From Eledone cirrhosa (lineage: Eukaryota), in the NCBI GenBank assembly GCA_964016885.1, contig OZ024742.1, forward strand, positions 273,358,001-273,422,000: a DNA stretch of 64,000 nt. The letters run 5' to 3'. This document shows, in pieces, positions 43,677-56,089 of the stretch. A model generated the notes under the pieces. That model was given only the letters and a program-made list of their open reading frames with translations. It was not told the DNA's origin and did not search any database. The translations under genes and the position numbers were made by a program. Positions within the stretch are counted from its first letter, which is position 1, and each line of letters opens with the position of its first letter.

Positions 43677-44101
43677 CCAAATGTGTATGGTTTGTAAATA
43701 TACATTTTATAACTTTCTTCTTTGTGTATATATATCTTTCATATGCAGTATCCCACCACATCATTAACTCCTCAGAGCGAATGTCCCCTTAACTAACACT
43801 TACCACAGACAACACCCTAGCCAAAATAAAACAACACAATCTTTCATCCCGTATCATGAACCACACCACCACCACCACATCTACAGCCCACACAGAACAT
43901 CAGCCTCAACATACACGCCAACTTGTCTAGGAACAGTCAAAACGCCATACTCCGCCACTCACATCAACCTCTGCCCCTCAACCTCGTGAAAATATTCCTC
44001 GTAATTAATCGAACAATGAAAACAAATTTTGGTGACAAGCATATGAACATTAGACTTTTTCATACGCCATTTATATTCATTCTGTCATTACTATCACATC
44101 T

Positions 44102-44187
44102 CTCCGACGAGCCATTGATTACGGAGTCAGGCTAGATCGATACAGATCGAACCTTGAGCTGATGAATATAGCGAAACGCGCGTCAGC
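44102..44187 (+). ncRNA. Probable hammerhead motif at the 3' end of a pLTR-like segment (43750-44230)
   Basis: GAAAC-gcgc-GTC-ag with palindromic ACGCGCGT; upstream core is either CTGATGA (44159) or ct-CCGACGA-gc (44104). Confidence 0.5.
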
Positions 44188-44236
44188 ATACAATAAACGT
44201 AAGGAAAGAGTAACCGTTCGGCCTTGTTTTATTATA

Positions 44237-44890
44237 TACTTGCAGTGGTACCCGGCGTTTCAGGGGATAAGGTATTTTGGAACGTGGACCGCCAACCGAC
44301 CTAATTGTGGAAAAACTGCATGCCTGGACAATATGTAAAGAAATTAAACCGAATACTCTGAAGGCTGGATAATCTTCAAGATTTTCCTCGATGAAGAAGG
44401 AAACATGCAGGTTTTCACCTAATGCAGGCCCTAGGGGATCAAGAAAATGAATATTTTTAATGTGCATAATATGCCTTGAAATTTCGGGAAAATTAGGCTA
44501 GACGTAACGCCTCAAAAAAGTCCTAAATAGCTGAAAAAATGAAGTTTTTCACCTAATGCGGGCCCTAGGACATAAAATAAGTTGGATTTTTTTGCTCACG
44601 GTATGGAGAAGCGACTGACTAATACGTAGTTACAATTTCAAGGAAATCGGTCTGATGTAACGCCTAAAAAAACCCATAAAAAGCTGAAAAAACGCAGTTT
44701 TTTTATCTAATGCGGGCTCTAGGGGATGAAAAAGTTGAGTCTTTTATGTACATACCACTCCCTGAAACATAAGTAATACACATGTACAGTTTGAAAAAAA
44801 TCGGTTGGGTACTTCTCGAGTTTTAGGGATTCAAACTCGCAGACACACACACACATAGATAGACATCATCAGTTTTATATATATATATAT
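44237..44890 (-). mobile_element. Helitron/Helentron-like non-autonomous element with 3 internal ~135-155-bp repeats
   Basis: TACTTGCAG..ACCCGGCGTT at one end, AAATCGGTT..CAGACACAC..TTTTATATATA at the other; CTAATGC.GGC.CTAGG at about 44419, 44553 and 44707. Confidence 0.6.
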
Positions 44891-44930
44891 ATATACAAAG
44901 AGAGAAATGAGAGAGAGAGAGAGAGAGGGG

Positions 44931-44978
<48 letters not shown>

Positions 44979-45656
44979 GAGGGCAATAACCATCTACTCA
45001 CGTATGCGTATTTGTGTATAAGTACACACTATGTCGATATATTTGATTTAGTATTTTTCTGCATATGTATATACATACAATCTGCAATAGCTATGTTTTG
45101 TTTGTGGTTCTTAGTATTATAAGTCGTATTTTGATATGTTCCCTTTCTTCTTGGTACTTTGGGGGCCTTATTTGTATTTCTTGATCTGTTCAATATCATA
45201 AAACTTTAGCCGCATGTTTGCAGATCTTTGAAACATATGATATAGCATATTCTACCTACATATCTGACGGATAGTTTATTGCTGTTTACATTACTAATTG
45301 CCATAACCTTAACGCTAAACTACACAGACAATCATACATACATTTATCAAAACATAACGTAGAGTGATAACTAACTAGGAATGATATTTGCGTAACATAC
45401 TAACATAATAATTTATTGTACATAAAATATCATTAAATTGTCAGACAGAATCAGCAAAATATTATAGACATGAATAATGAATTTCCTGTTCTTACAAGGA
45501 ATATATTAATTATTTATGATAACGAATACCGGAAACAAAATATATGAAAACAAATTGTGAATCAATATGTTAGTCTGCATTTATTGAAGTTAAATTGAGA
45601 AAGTAATCTTTGGAGATGAAGAACATCAAAATATACTCATATGTTTTGTAAAATAG

Positions 45657-45706
45657 GTGCATGCGTATTAGCAGAGCCGTCAGAGAATAAGACGAATTAC
45701 CTTGCG
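45657..45706 (+). CDS. Candidate host-gene exon (phase 1/0)
   Basis: ttttgtaaaatag| ... |gtatat; reads (G)ACVLAEPSENKTNYLA. Confidence 0.25.
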
Positions 45707-45964
45707 GTATATGTGCTGAAGTCAATTTAGTCATTGCGAAAATGAAATCAATTAAAATTCCAGGATGTCAGACTGACAGATGTGTTAGGTCCTAAAACCT
45801 ATCTTACAGCGTTTATCTTCTGTGTTCAAATAATGATTCGACTTAATTGTGTGGTAGATTTAATCCATTGTCCTTTTCAACGATCACCAACTACCGTGTG
45901 CATACATTAAGCGGAACCAATTCTCTGCACATTTCGAAAAATTCAACCTTTCTTCCCTTTCTAG

Positions 45965-46030
45965 TCCAAGAATCCAGGCCCCGAAAATGCCATTAGCATT
46001 GCCCAGAAGAATAATTTATGGGTCACTTGA
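45965..46030 (+). CDS. Candidate terminal coding exon (phase 0)
   Basis: cctttcttccctttctag| then SKNPGPENAISIAQKNNLWVT*. Confidence 0.28.
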   Translation, partial: SKNPGPENAISIAQKNNLWVT

Positions 46031-46569
46031 ATAGAAAGGAAATAGATCTCCAACAGATTCGTCAATGCGTATTCAAAAGATCGATCGAGTGGATCGCCCA
46101 TTAATTTAACAGCATCAACGCAATACAGGGTAAAACGGGATTCGTTGTTTCCATATTGCAGATAAAACCAATGAGTTGGGTTTCCACGCTATTTTCGTCT
46201 ATACAACTTCATTGAAAATCTTGTAAAATGAATTTGTACGACAACGTGGTTGTATGCATGACTACGCATCACTACGAAGAAAACGTCTTGACCCCCAGCG
46301 AATCTTGACCAATTTTATATGCCAATAATCTCTCATCAAACGAATGGACAATGCCCAAATGCCGCGCATATACATACAGCAATCTATTCATAAATAGATA
46401 TACATACATAACATTTACACTTATGTATAGCAAGACATACGCAACAAGGTAAATATTAAAACAGTCGGGCACATTAAGTTATACGACCAGAATGTTCATC
46501 CAGGCAAACATGTTGTCAACCAAATTGACAGCCTGACCTTTTTTTGATGCAATTCAGTTTCGATATAGT

Positions 46570-46975
46570 TTGTGCTGGTTAATTATGCTTATACCATGAT
46601 CATTATCGACTGATGTTATTGTAGACAATCCATTTGTCATCACCACTAATGACTCGTTTAAAAAACGGTCGATTTAATTGCGTTTGAGATGCATATCGCA
46701 AATATTGATTCGTTGTGTTAGTTGAATCTCTTTAGATTTATGTGCAACCCACATATCGAGCTTCTTAACGAGTTCAAGGCATTTTAAGTGATTTTCAATT
46801 TTTGTGTGTGATACTTGTAACATCTCAGCAATCTCTTGCACAGTTATATGACAATCAGATTCGATTATGATTTTGATTTGGTCATCAACTTCAGTAGGTC
46901 GACCAGGATGTTGGTCACCTATGAGTGAAAAATCTCCAAAACGTAATTTTAAAAACCATTTCTAACATCTGTATT
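46570..46975 (-). mobile_element. mariner transposase fragment
   Basis: Minus strand WFLKLRFGDFSL..HPGRP, HITVQEIAEML, KKLDMWV, SGDDKWI.YNN. Confidence 0.75.
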
Positions 46976-47599
46976 CTGCACGCGCCACGCGCCAGGACTG
47001 AACAGAGTCTGATTTTCCGCCTTGGGGTCCTGTTTCCCTCATAGACTAAACTCCCCTCCCCAATTTCTTTAATATTACACATATGCGGTCGTCCTTACTT
47101 CTCTATTCTTTGCCCCGTCACGTTCACCCCATCCGTTATCACACACGCACTTTCACATTCACACCTAGATTCTTCTGGCTCTCGTCGTCAGAAATATATA
47201 TATTTTTACAGATGATACAGACAAAATACGCACACACACCTCTACTTTTCCCTTAACAGCTCTGTATACACATACACACACACCCTGATATTAACATACT
47301 TTCGCTCACAGCTTCGTACTTACAAGCACACACACACATACACACACACACACACACACGCACACACACACATACAAACACAGATGCATATACACGCGCA
47401 CATATACAAAACGATTTTTTTTCATTCCGTGTAGACGCGCTCCATCATCCACTTTTCTAAAAAAATACTTCATACACAAAAGCCAGCATCAACAGTTTTC
47501 AAAGAGATGGCAACATGAATGGACTTGGTATTTTTCTCTAAAACATGTTTTCCTATTCCGCCTCGACCGTCTCTTCAATCTTTTTAATTTCTCCTTCTT

Positions 47600-47634
47600 T
47601 CTTCTGATGAAGGATAGCGTCCGAAATGTTAAGA
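47600..47634 (+). ncRNA. Degenerate minimal hammerhead in a pLTR-like segment (~46980-47750)
   Basis: tctt-CTGATGA-a gga tagcg tcc-GAAAT-GTT-aaga. Confidence 0.6.
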
Positions 47635-47760
47635 CATTCTTCCTGCTATTTCAAGCGTTAACCAAATATATTCTTTCATTATATTCTATCTCTTTTCTTG
47701 TTATTTCTGTTTACATTATACATACACAAACCAACACTCACACACCTACACACGCACCCC

Positions 47761-48095
<335 letters not shown>

Positions 48096-48122
48096 TATAT
48101 ATATATACATATATATATAATT

Positions 48123-48202
<80 letters not shown>

Positions 48203-48300
48203 TATATATATATATTTATATATATATATTTATATATATATATTTATATATATATATTTATATATATATATTTATATATATATATTTATATATATATATT

Positions 48301-48329
<29 letters not shown>

Positions 48330-48331
<2 letters not shown>

Positions 48332-48585
48332 CAGTTCCTGATTATTACTGGAATTCTATAAGAATCCAGCCTCTATAATTTTCGGCAGAGGAACACCCAC
48401 ATTGTGAAACAGAATCTGTCAGCTTCTCTCCCTTCCTTTGCCTAAAAAAGAAGTAAGTGACATAATCACTACTTTAAAATGATAGGGCAAGGTCTTCAAA
48501 GTGTTTTTAATTAAACATAAGGTATATTACGAAATATACTATACATACATTCACGTATACATCGCTATTTCAGAGCACCAATCCT
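48330..48585 (+). repeat. Single unit of the 274-bp HHR repeat with the CUGA core deleted
   Basis: Aligns to 3105-3340; deletion between two GAGG motifs; GAAAC-agaatct-GTC-agc retained. Confidence 0.8.
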
Positions 48586-48586
48586 A

Positions 48587-48659
<73 letters not shown>

Positions 48660-48660
<1 letters not shown>

Positions 48661-51600
48661 CGAAGGAATTGTGGTAAGGAACCGAATGGACCATAACGCA
48701 CCAAAGTACTCAATACTTAGTGTAATAGAGTGGGTAATAGGAACTAGTATGACCCCGACGGCAGAGCTCAAGCCGTCTCGACGGCTATTTCTGGACTAAG
48801 AAAGAATGTTTAGCCTGGTAAAAAAAAGCCAAACTTATCAAGGGGTACTTCCTTATATGGGAAGATAGTAATTGTCAAGAGGATTGATTAAAATGTGTTA
48901 TAACGACAAATAAATCTATCATGGCATTTGGTGGGAGGTAGGGGTGGCTCAACTTGCCGGTAGAACAAAGAATGTGTGAAGAAAGCCAGTCAGGCTTTGA
49001 AAGTGAAATCTATACATCAGATTCTAAGGATAGTGTAAAAAAGTCGAAAAATTGTACTGGAGACATGGAGGGGGGGGGGGTTAAAAGAGAGTAACAAAAT
49101 AAAAATAAAAGAATAAAAAATATATAAATAGTTTTGATAATGAGAAATGAATAAAAAAACAAAAACAGTAGAGTCTAGAAACATCTGCTATAATTAGTAG
49201 ATATTGCTAAGCTATAGAAAAGTTTAATAGGTAGAGAATGGGAAAATACCAAATAAGAGATTGTAGTAGGTAGCGAAAAGATTTAAAGCAGGCTTTACAA
49301 GGGGTCTAACACAGCTGCTATAAATAGTTAGTAAAGCGTAATCAGCCAATGCTATCTTACAATTACAGGTTAATAAGTGAGAAAAAAAATAATACTAAAT
49401 AACAAAGTTAGAAATTGTGGAATTCGAGTAGTAACAAAAAAGAAGAAATTATAGGCGTCTAACACATCTGCTAAAAGTAAGGCGTATTCGGTCAATGCTA
49501 TCTTAAAATTACGTGATTGTGGGTACTGACGCTACAGAGGACCGATGCACTGCATCTGGGTAGGCGAAAGGTGAAAAACAGACGAGGAAGAAGATCGGGG
49601 GTGGAAGGAAGTGATAGGATGAGATGGGGGAAGAGGTATACGTAGAGGAAAAGAAAAAAGGGTCGTCTACCTACGTAAGCGGGGGTTTCCCCTTACAAAA
49701 TCGCCAAGTGGGGGTATCAACCCTTGTCTACCCACCCGGGTCGTCATGGGGTTTGAGGGCGAGGTAAGTCCTACGCAATCAGAGTTTGCATGCGGTTACC
49801 AGTTCGTCTTTCTGGTTTAGGAGTTGGTCCTTCGACAACAGCATTTGTAATGTTTCATCCGAGCATAAGTTACACGGACTTCGTCCTCCCGTGTAAGAGA
49901 TAGCTCTGGACAGTAAGCTCTAAGTGAGATTGTAGGTTATATTATTATCTTTGAGGTCCAAGATGTGGCCCGAAAGTGTAGTGGCATGTCGCCGGACCGG
50001 GTTTCGGAAAGTATGTCGGTATTGGTAGGGCTGGGCCTTGAAGTCACAAGTGGTTAATCCTATATAAGCTTTGTTGGAGTTGTCCGTCCTCACGTTGAAC
50101 TGGTAGATCACATTACGTTCTCGGCATGAGGGTCCCATGGATCTATCAGGACAGTTACACCTCCTGGTCCGCTCTCCACTGATGTCTAGGTTATTTCTTC
50201 CATAGGGGTTGATTTTTTTGTTGTTAGAGGAGACGATGTTTTGTGCGAAGTTAGGTGTGGTGCTGTAAGAGAGTTTGATGATATTTTTGTTGAATATGTT
50301 GTGGTAGCGGTGTTGTAGTGGGAAGTGTTTTTCGAGGAGCCTAAAGAAAATTTTCCCGATAGTGGATGCCACCTCGGCATTGTGGGGAGGATTGAACTAC
50401 ATTACGTTGCGTGAGCGGCGGTGTCGCCTGCTAGTTCCGCTAATGGAAGCTAAATAAAAGGATATTCCCTCCCGGAAGCCACTCCGCTTGAGGGCCTGGT
50501 TGTAATGAGGCACATGTTCATCGAATATCTGCTCATTAGCGGACAAACGAGATATGCGGAGGGAGATGTTTTTAACCAGATTATTGGTGATGTTTCTAGG
50601 ATGGTTAGAGCGGCGGTGGATGTAATGCAGGTTGTCGTTTCGTTTCCTGTATGGGTAGTACAGATCATTTTCGAGGTTAAGGGTAACGTCCAGGAAGTTT
50701 ACTCGCGTTAGGGACGTTAGTAGGGTTATTTTAAATCCACAGTTCCGGAAGAAGCTGATTAGTTGTTTACGGACCCGGTCTGTACTACAGGGGTTATACC
50801 CTTTGAGGGTGAGAAGCCCATCATCGCGGTACAATCCACCGCCGAATGCAGGAAACACTTCGGTGAGTTTAAATAGTAGGAATAATCCTATAAGATCTGT
50901 CACCTCGGCCGAATCCGTCGCGCCCATACTGACGTCGAAGAGGGAGTCAGGAGCCCTCTTTATCCACCTAGAGTTGTCAAAAAGTGTCTTCCTGGCGTGG
51001 AGAATGATATTTCTTTCCTCGTCGGTAATGGGTGTGAGTGTTTGTCCTCCATATTCCTGAACCATGAGATTACTTCCTGGGTGCTGACCCATAGGCTAAG
51101 TCTCGCGTTTTGCTTAACTTTTGGTATAACGCGGTCTAGGATTTTTTTACTGATTCTCTCTATGTCCAACTTATTTTTAGCAGATGTGTTAGACCCCTGT
51201 AATTTCGTATTTTTTGTTACTACTCCAATTCTACAATTTCTAAATTTCTTATTAATATTATTTTTTTCTCAACTTATTAACCTGTAATTGTAAGAGAGCA
51301 TTGGCTGATTACTCTTTACTAACTATTTATAGCAACTGTATTAGAACCATCTGTAAAGCCTGCTTTACATTTTTTCACTACCAACTACAATCTCTTATTT
51401 GGTATTTTCCCATTCTCTACCTATTAAACTTTTCTATAGCTTAGCAATACCTACTAATTATAGCAGATGTTTCTAGACTCTACTTTTTTGTTTTTTTATT
51501 CATTTCTCACTATCAAAACTTTTTATATATTTATTATTATTTTATTTTTATTTTGTTTACTCTCTTTTAACCCCCCCTCCTTTTCTCTAGTACAATTTTT

Positions 51601-51903
51601 CGACTTTTTTTACACTATCCTTAGAATCTGATGTATAGATTTCACTTTCAACGCCTAACTGGCTTTCTTCACTCCCTCTTTGTTCTACCGGCAAGTGGAG
51701 CCACCCCTACCTCCCACCAAATGCCATGATAGATTTATTTGTCTTTATAACAAATTTTAATCAATCCTCTTGACAATTACTATCTTCCCATATAAGGAAT
51801 ACCCCTTGATAAGTTTGGCTATTTATTTACCAGGCTAAAAATGTCTACTTAGTCCAGAAATAGCCGTCGAAACGGCTTGAGCTCTGCCGTCGGGGTCATA
51901 CTT
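48660..51903 (-). mobile_element. Penelope-like element flanked by ~735-bp inverted repeats (48746-49481 and 51170-51902)
   Basis: FDVSMGA.DSAEV.DLIG, GLYRDDGL, VNFLDVTL, YIHRRSNHP, CNC, NVIYQ..YIGLT; the arms are close reverse complements. Confidence 0.93.
51801..51896 (+). ncRNA. Type I hammerhead, U3-A8 core, long stem II (mirror copy at 48752-48846, minus)
   Basis: acccc-TTGATAA-g..ggctattt..aaatagcc..c-GAAAC-ggc ttgagctct gcc-GTC-ggggt. Confidence 0.8.
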
Positions 51904-51904
51904 C

Positions 51905-51970
<66 letters not shown>

Positions 51971-51974
51971 TATA

Positions 51975-54165
51975 TTAGAAAGTGAGGTTTTTTTACAAAA
52001 TGAAAAATAACCGAGGTGTCCTACACGAGTGAAAGTATAAAGAAAAAGAGATGAAATCGAAAATGCAACTGGAGTCTTATTTTTTTTAAAAATATATATA
52101 TTTATTTGGTTCCTTTACCGGTTTCGCAGTTCTTCTGCTTTTCAAAAGGTGAATTGAGATGGAGGGTCAGTGGTTTTTCTCACATCTGGTTGGTCTCTGA
52201 ATGTTACTTGTTTTATATTGAAAAAGTGGCTCGAAATGCCAGGTTTTTCGAGAAGTAATTTGATTGGTTTGTCAATAATTATAATAAATTTCGCGCCAGT
52301 TCGCGTTACAATAGTTCTTCAAATAAGAGGGGTGGGGGTTGTCACAGGTTGTTTTTTCATATATGAGTGTTTGAATTTCTTTTTACTTGAAAAAAAGAGG
52401 CTCACGAAGGCTTTTTTTGGGTTGGTTATAAATGAAATTTGGCTGTCACGTGAACAAGTTTTCATTACATTTTTGCGCCCTTATTTGGAAAACTATTCTG
52501 TAGTCTTTATAGTGACTGTTATGACAATGAAAAGATAGTGGTCAAGAGAAAAGGGATTGGGAGAATTGTTCTGGTTCAGTGAATATGGTTTGAGGTGTCA
52601 GAGTTCAGATTTTCTATTGAAGTGAAGATAAGTATGTTTATTTGTGTGCTTGTGTGTGTGTATGTGTGTGTGTGTGTGTATGTGTGTATTGGAAGATGAT
52701 TCTATTAGTAGAGATGGGGGAGGGAGTTGTGTGTGTGTGTGTATGGGCGTTATGTGTGTGTGTGCGAGTATGTTAAGAGGGAGAGAATATATATTTTGTG
52801 TGTGTGTATATATATGTGTAGGAAAGTGGTTCTATTAGTAGAAATAGGGAGGGAGTTGTAGGTGTGGGGGTTATGTGTGTGTATGGGTGTTATGTGTGTG
52901 GGAGTATGGTTAGCATGTTAAGATGAAGAGAATATATATATATATATATATTGTGTGTGTGTGTATGTGTGTAGGAAAGTGATTTCTTTAGTAGGAATAT
53001 TTTTGAATGAACATATTTTCCTTACTTATTCGTGTTTGCTGTTGTATTGTCAGTGCAAACGTATGTTAAGGTTTATTTAGTTCGGGTTTTTATTTTCTAA
53101 AGTAGAAGGTGTTATGTGTGTGTGTGTATGTCATATTATGGTGTTGACATAATGTATATTAAACCTTATTTAATGTTGGTCTATATTTTTGAATAAACAT
53201 ATTTTCCTTATTTATTCGCATTTGTTCTGTTGTATTGTTAGCGCAAAGGTAAAATGGGAAGACTTGGAATTTGGGTGTCTTATTACTTGCGCAAATGTCT
53301 AGATGTGCACTTAGTGGTATCTGTCTGGTGGTTGGATCTCGTAATTGTTGGCGATGAACTGTCATTCTGTTTCTGAGTGTGAGTTTAGTTTGTCCTATAT
53401 AATCTTCATTGCATCCTTTACATTTAATGGCATAAAGTAGATTTTTTTATGAGCAAGTGAAGTGATTTTTTACAGTAAAAATTTGTCCTGATTTAAATGT
53501 ATACGTGTTTCCTTCAATGAGGTGAGTGCAGGATCCACAATTAGAGCGACGACAATTTTTGATACTTGGTTGTGGGTTTGTGGTAGGTAATTTGGCATTG
53601 GTGAGTAATGTTTTCAGTGCTTTTGGTTGTCTTTTGCTTTTGATTATTTTGTGTGTTTCAAGGGCTTTTTTCATTCTTGGGTTTTGTTTTAGTAGTGGGG
53701 TGTTATTGTGAATAGTGTTGTAAGCTTCCGCATTTCTTGGGTAGTGTGTTGAGATATATGATATAATATTGGACGTACCTTGAATTTGTTTCTGTTTCCG
53801 TAATTCATCAATGCCTATTGCTTTAGCCCTTTCTATTCCATTATTTATTAGTAATAGTGGGTACTCTCTGTCGAGTAGAATTTCCTTTAATTCTTGAAGT
53901 CTTTTATTTCGCGTTTCATAATTGGAGACAATTGTGCAAATTCTTCTTGCTAGGTTAAAAGGAATGTTCGTCTTCGTGTGCTTTGGGTGGTTGGAGGTGA
54001 ATAGCAGATATTGTTTGGAATCTGTTGGTTTGTAGTGTATGTCAGTTTCGATATATGTGTCTTTTTTTAAGATTAAGATGTCCAGAAATGGGAGTTGATC
54101 ATGGCTGTATTCCATTGTGAATTGGATGTGGTTATTGATGCCGTTTATTAAGTTTTTGAAATCCT
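51975..54165 (-). mobile_element. 5'-truncated Penelope-like element with family B 3' pLTR (HHR at 52112-52149)
   Basis: LPFLDILI, HYKPTDSKQYL, HPKH, RICTIVS, C..C..C; LYAIKC.GC.EDYIGQT..R...H (GIY-YIG). Confidence 0.92.
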
Positions 54166-54231
54166 TCAGTTATATATATACATATGTATACAGATATATA
54201 CAGATATATATATATATACATATATATATAT

Positions 54232-54290
<59 letters not shown>

Positions 54291-54297
<7 letters not shown>

Positions 54298-54500
54298 GTG
54301 AGGTTTTTTTTACAAAATGAAAAATAACCGAGGTGTCCTACACGAGTTAAAGTATAAAGAAAAAAAGATGAAATCGAAAATGCAACTGGAGTCTGATTTT
54401 TTTTTTAAATATATATATTTATTTGGTTCCATTACCGGTTTCGCAGTTCTTCTGCTTTTCAAAAGTAGAGTTGAGATGGAGGGCTGTGGTTTTTCTCACA

Positions 54501-54503
<3 letters not shown>
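54291..54503 (-). mobile_element. PLE pseudo-LTR family B (direct repeat of 51975-52190)
   Basis: Near-identical sequence; HHR at 54430-54465. Confidence 0.85.
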
Positions 54504-54597
<94 letters not shown>

Positions 54598-55259
54598 CAT
54601 ATATACATACTTTGTTTTTTAATTTGTTTTGCAAGATAGTAACTGAACTCTGGCGAGAAAGTAAAGATGGGAAACATCTCATCAGTACTACACCAGCAGG
54701 CCAAAATGGAACATAGGGGAACACTAGAGAATATAGAGATGGACATTATATCCACACACAGAAAGGACGTAATGCTCCGACAAATTCCAGAAGCAAGAAA
54801 CATAAACTAATTCTAACTATCATTAAACAGAAAACGTATGGAATAGCAACATCACAGCTAGTAATTAAGGAGATATTCAATATATACAGAGACACACAAG
54901 AAGCAAACAATTAAAACAAACTAGACACACAGATAAAAGAAGCAACCAACTAGTGAAAAATAGATAAACACCTATAGTAAATAAATTAAAAACACACACA
55001 CACAGGGTTGCGCAAATCAAATACACAACACACAACATACCAACACAATATGATGTAGGAGATAACAAAGAAGAGACACAAAATAAGAAATCAGTCACTG
55101 AGGAGGTAACAGAATGTGTGTCAAATGAGATTTAACAATATATAAACAACCATCCGGTTATGGAACTAACCAACCCGAAATCTATGACAAATTGAACTGA
55201 AAACCAACAGGTGCGTGTGTTCTTATTAACAGCATAACCTGCTCAAAATATTCTTATTT

Positions 55260-55985
55260 CTTAGGTTCTTCCGTGTCTTTCGGTACATCAAGCAGTGCGT
55301 AGTCACTAAAGATGGCGATCAGCGGCTGTATTTTCGCGTCCGTGCCAAGTGATGTTAGCTTCCCATATGTCTTTTTGGAACGTTCATCGCCAGGTGATCC
55401 TGGGGCATCCCCGCCTCCGTTTGCCGCCAGGCGGAGTCCAGTTCAAACCTGTTTTCCAGTGTCATTCGTTGAGCAGTCTCAAAATTTGGCCAGCCTGGTG
55501 GCATCGGCGTTCCGTGACCAATCTCGGTAACATCCCCGAGTAGGCTCTCCGCAGGATTTCCTTGTTTCACACTCGGTAGCGCCAGGACACATGAAGGATC
55601 ATTCGCAGTTACCGCTCATGTAAAGCGTTCAGCCGTCTCTCTATCTTTGCCGTGTTCTGCCAGGTTTCGCTTGCGTAAACACTGTCGGCAGCACGATGCT
55701 CTTGTACAGGCATAGCTTCACACTGGTGCTGATGCATGAAGACGACAAAGATGGAAGCATCCGCTAGAAATCTGTGGCTTCTTTGTCGATACGACAGTTG
55801 ATGTCGAGCTTCGCGTCGGCATAGTTTGCCAGGATGCTACACAGATAGGTGAAGTGGTCGACTTCTTCAAAGTCATGTTGTTTGACTCTGATTTCTGGAG
55901 GTGTGTTGTTGGCTGTTCTCATCACCTTCCTCTTTTTGGTGTTGATGCTCAGTCCGATATCTTTCGCACTCTCTTGCAGGGATGT
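55260..55985 (-). mobile_element. RTE-like LINE 3' fragment
   Basis: Minus strand IGLSINTKK, FEEVDHFTYL, YKSIVLPT..YASETW, RRRG.PR.TW. Confidence 0.75.
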
Positions 55986-56089
55986 GCAAACTAAAATAAT
56001 ACATATATATATAATAGTCGTTATAGTCCTTTTGGAAGCCTCAAAAATGCAGATGGGTAAATCTCTGGGTAAAAAAAATTAGGTGGTAT

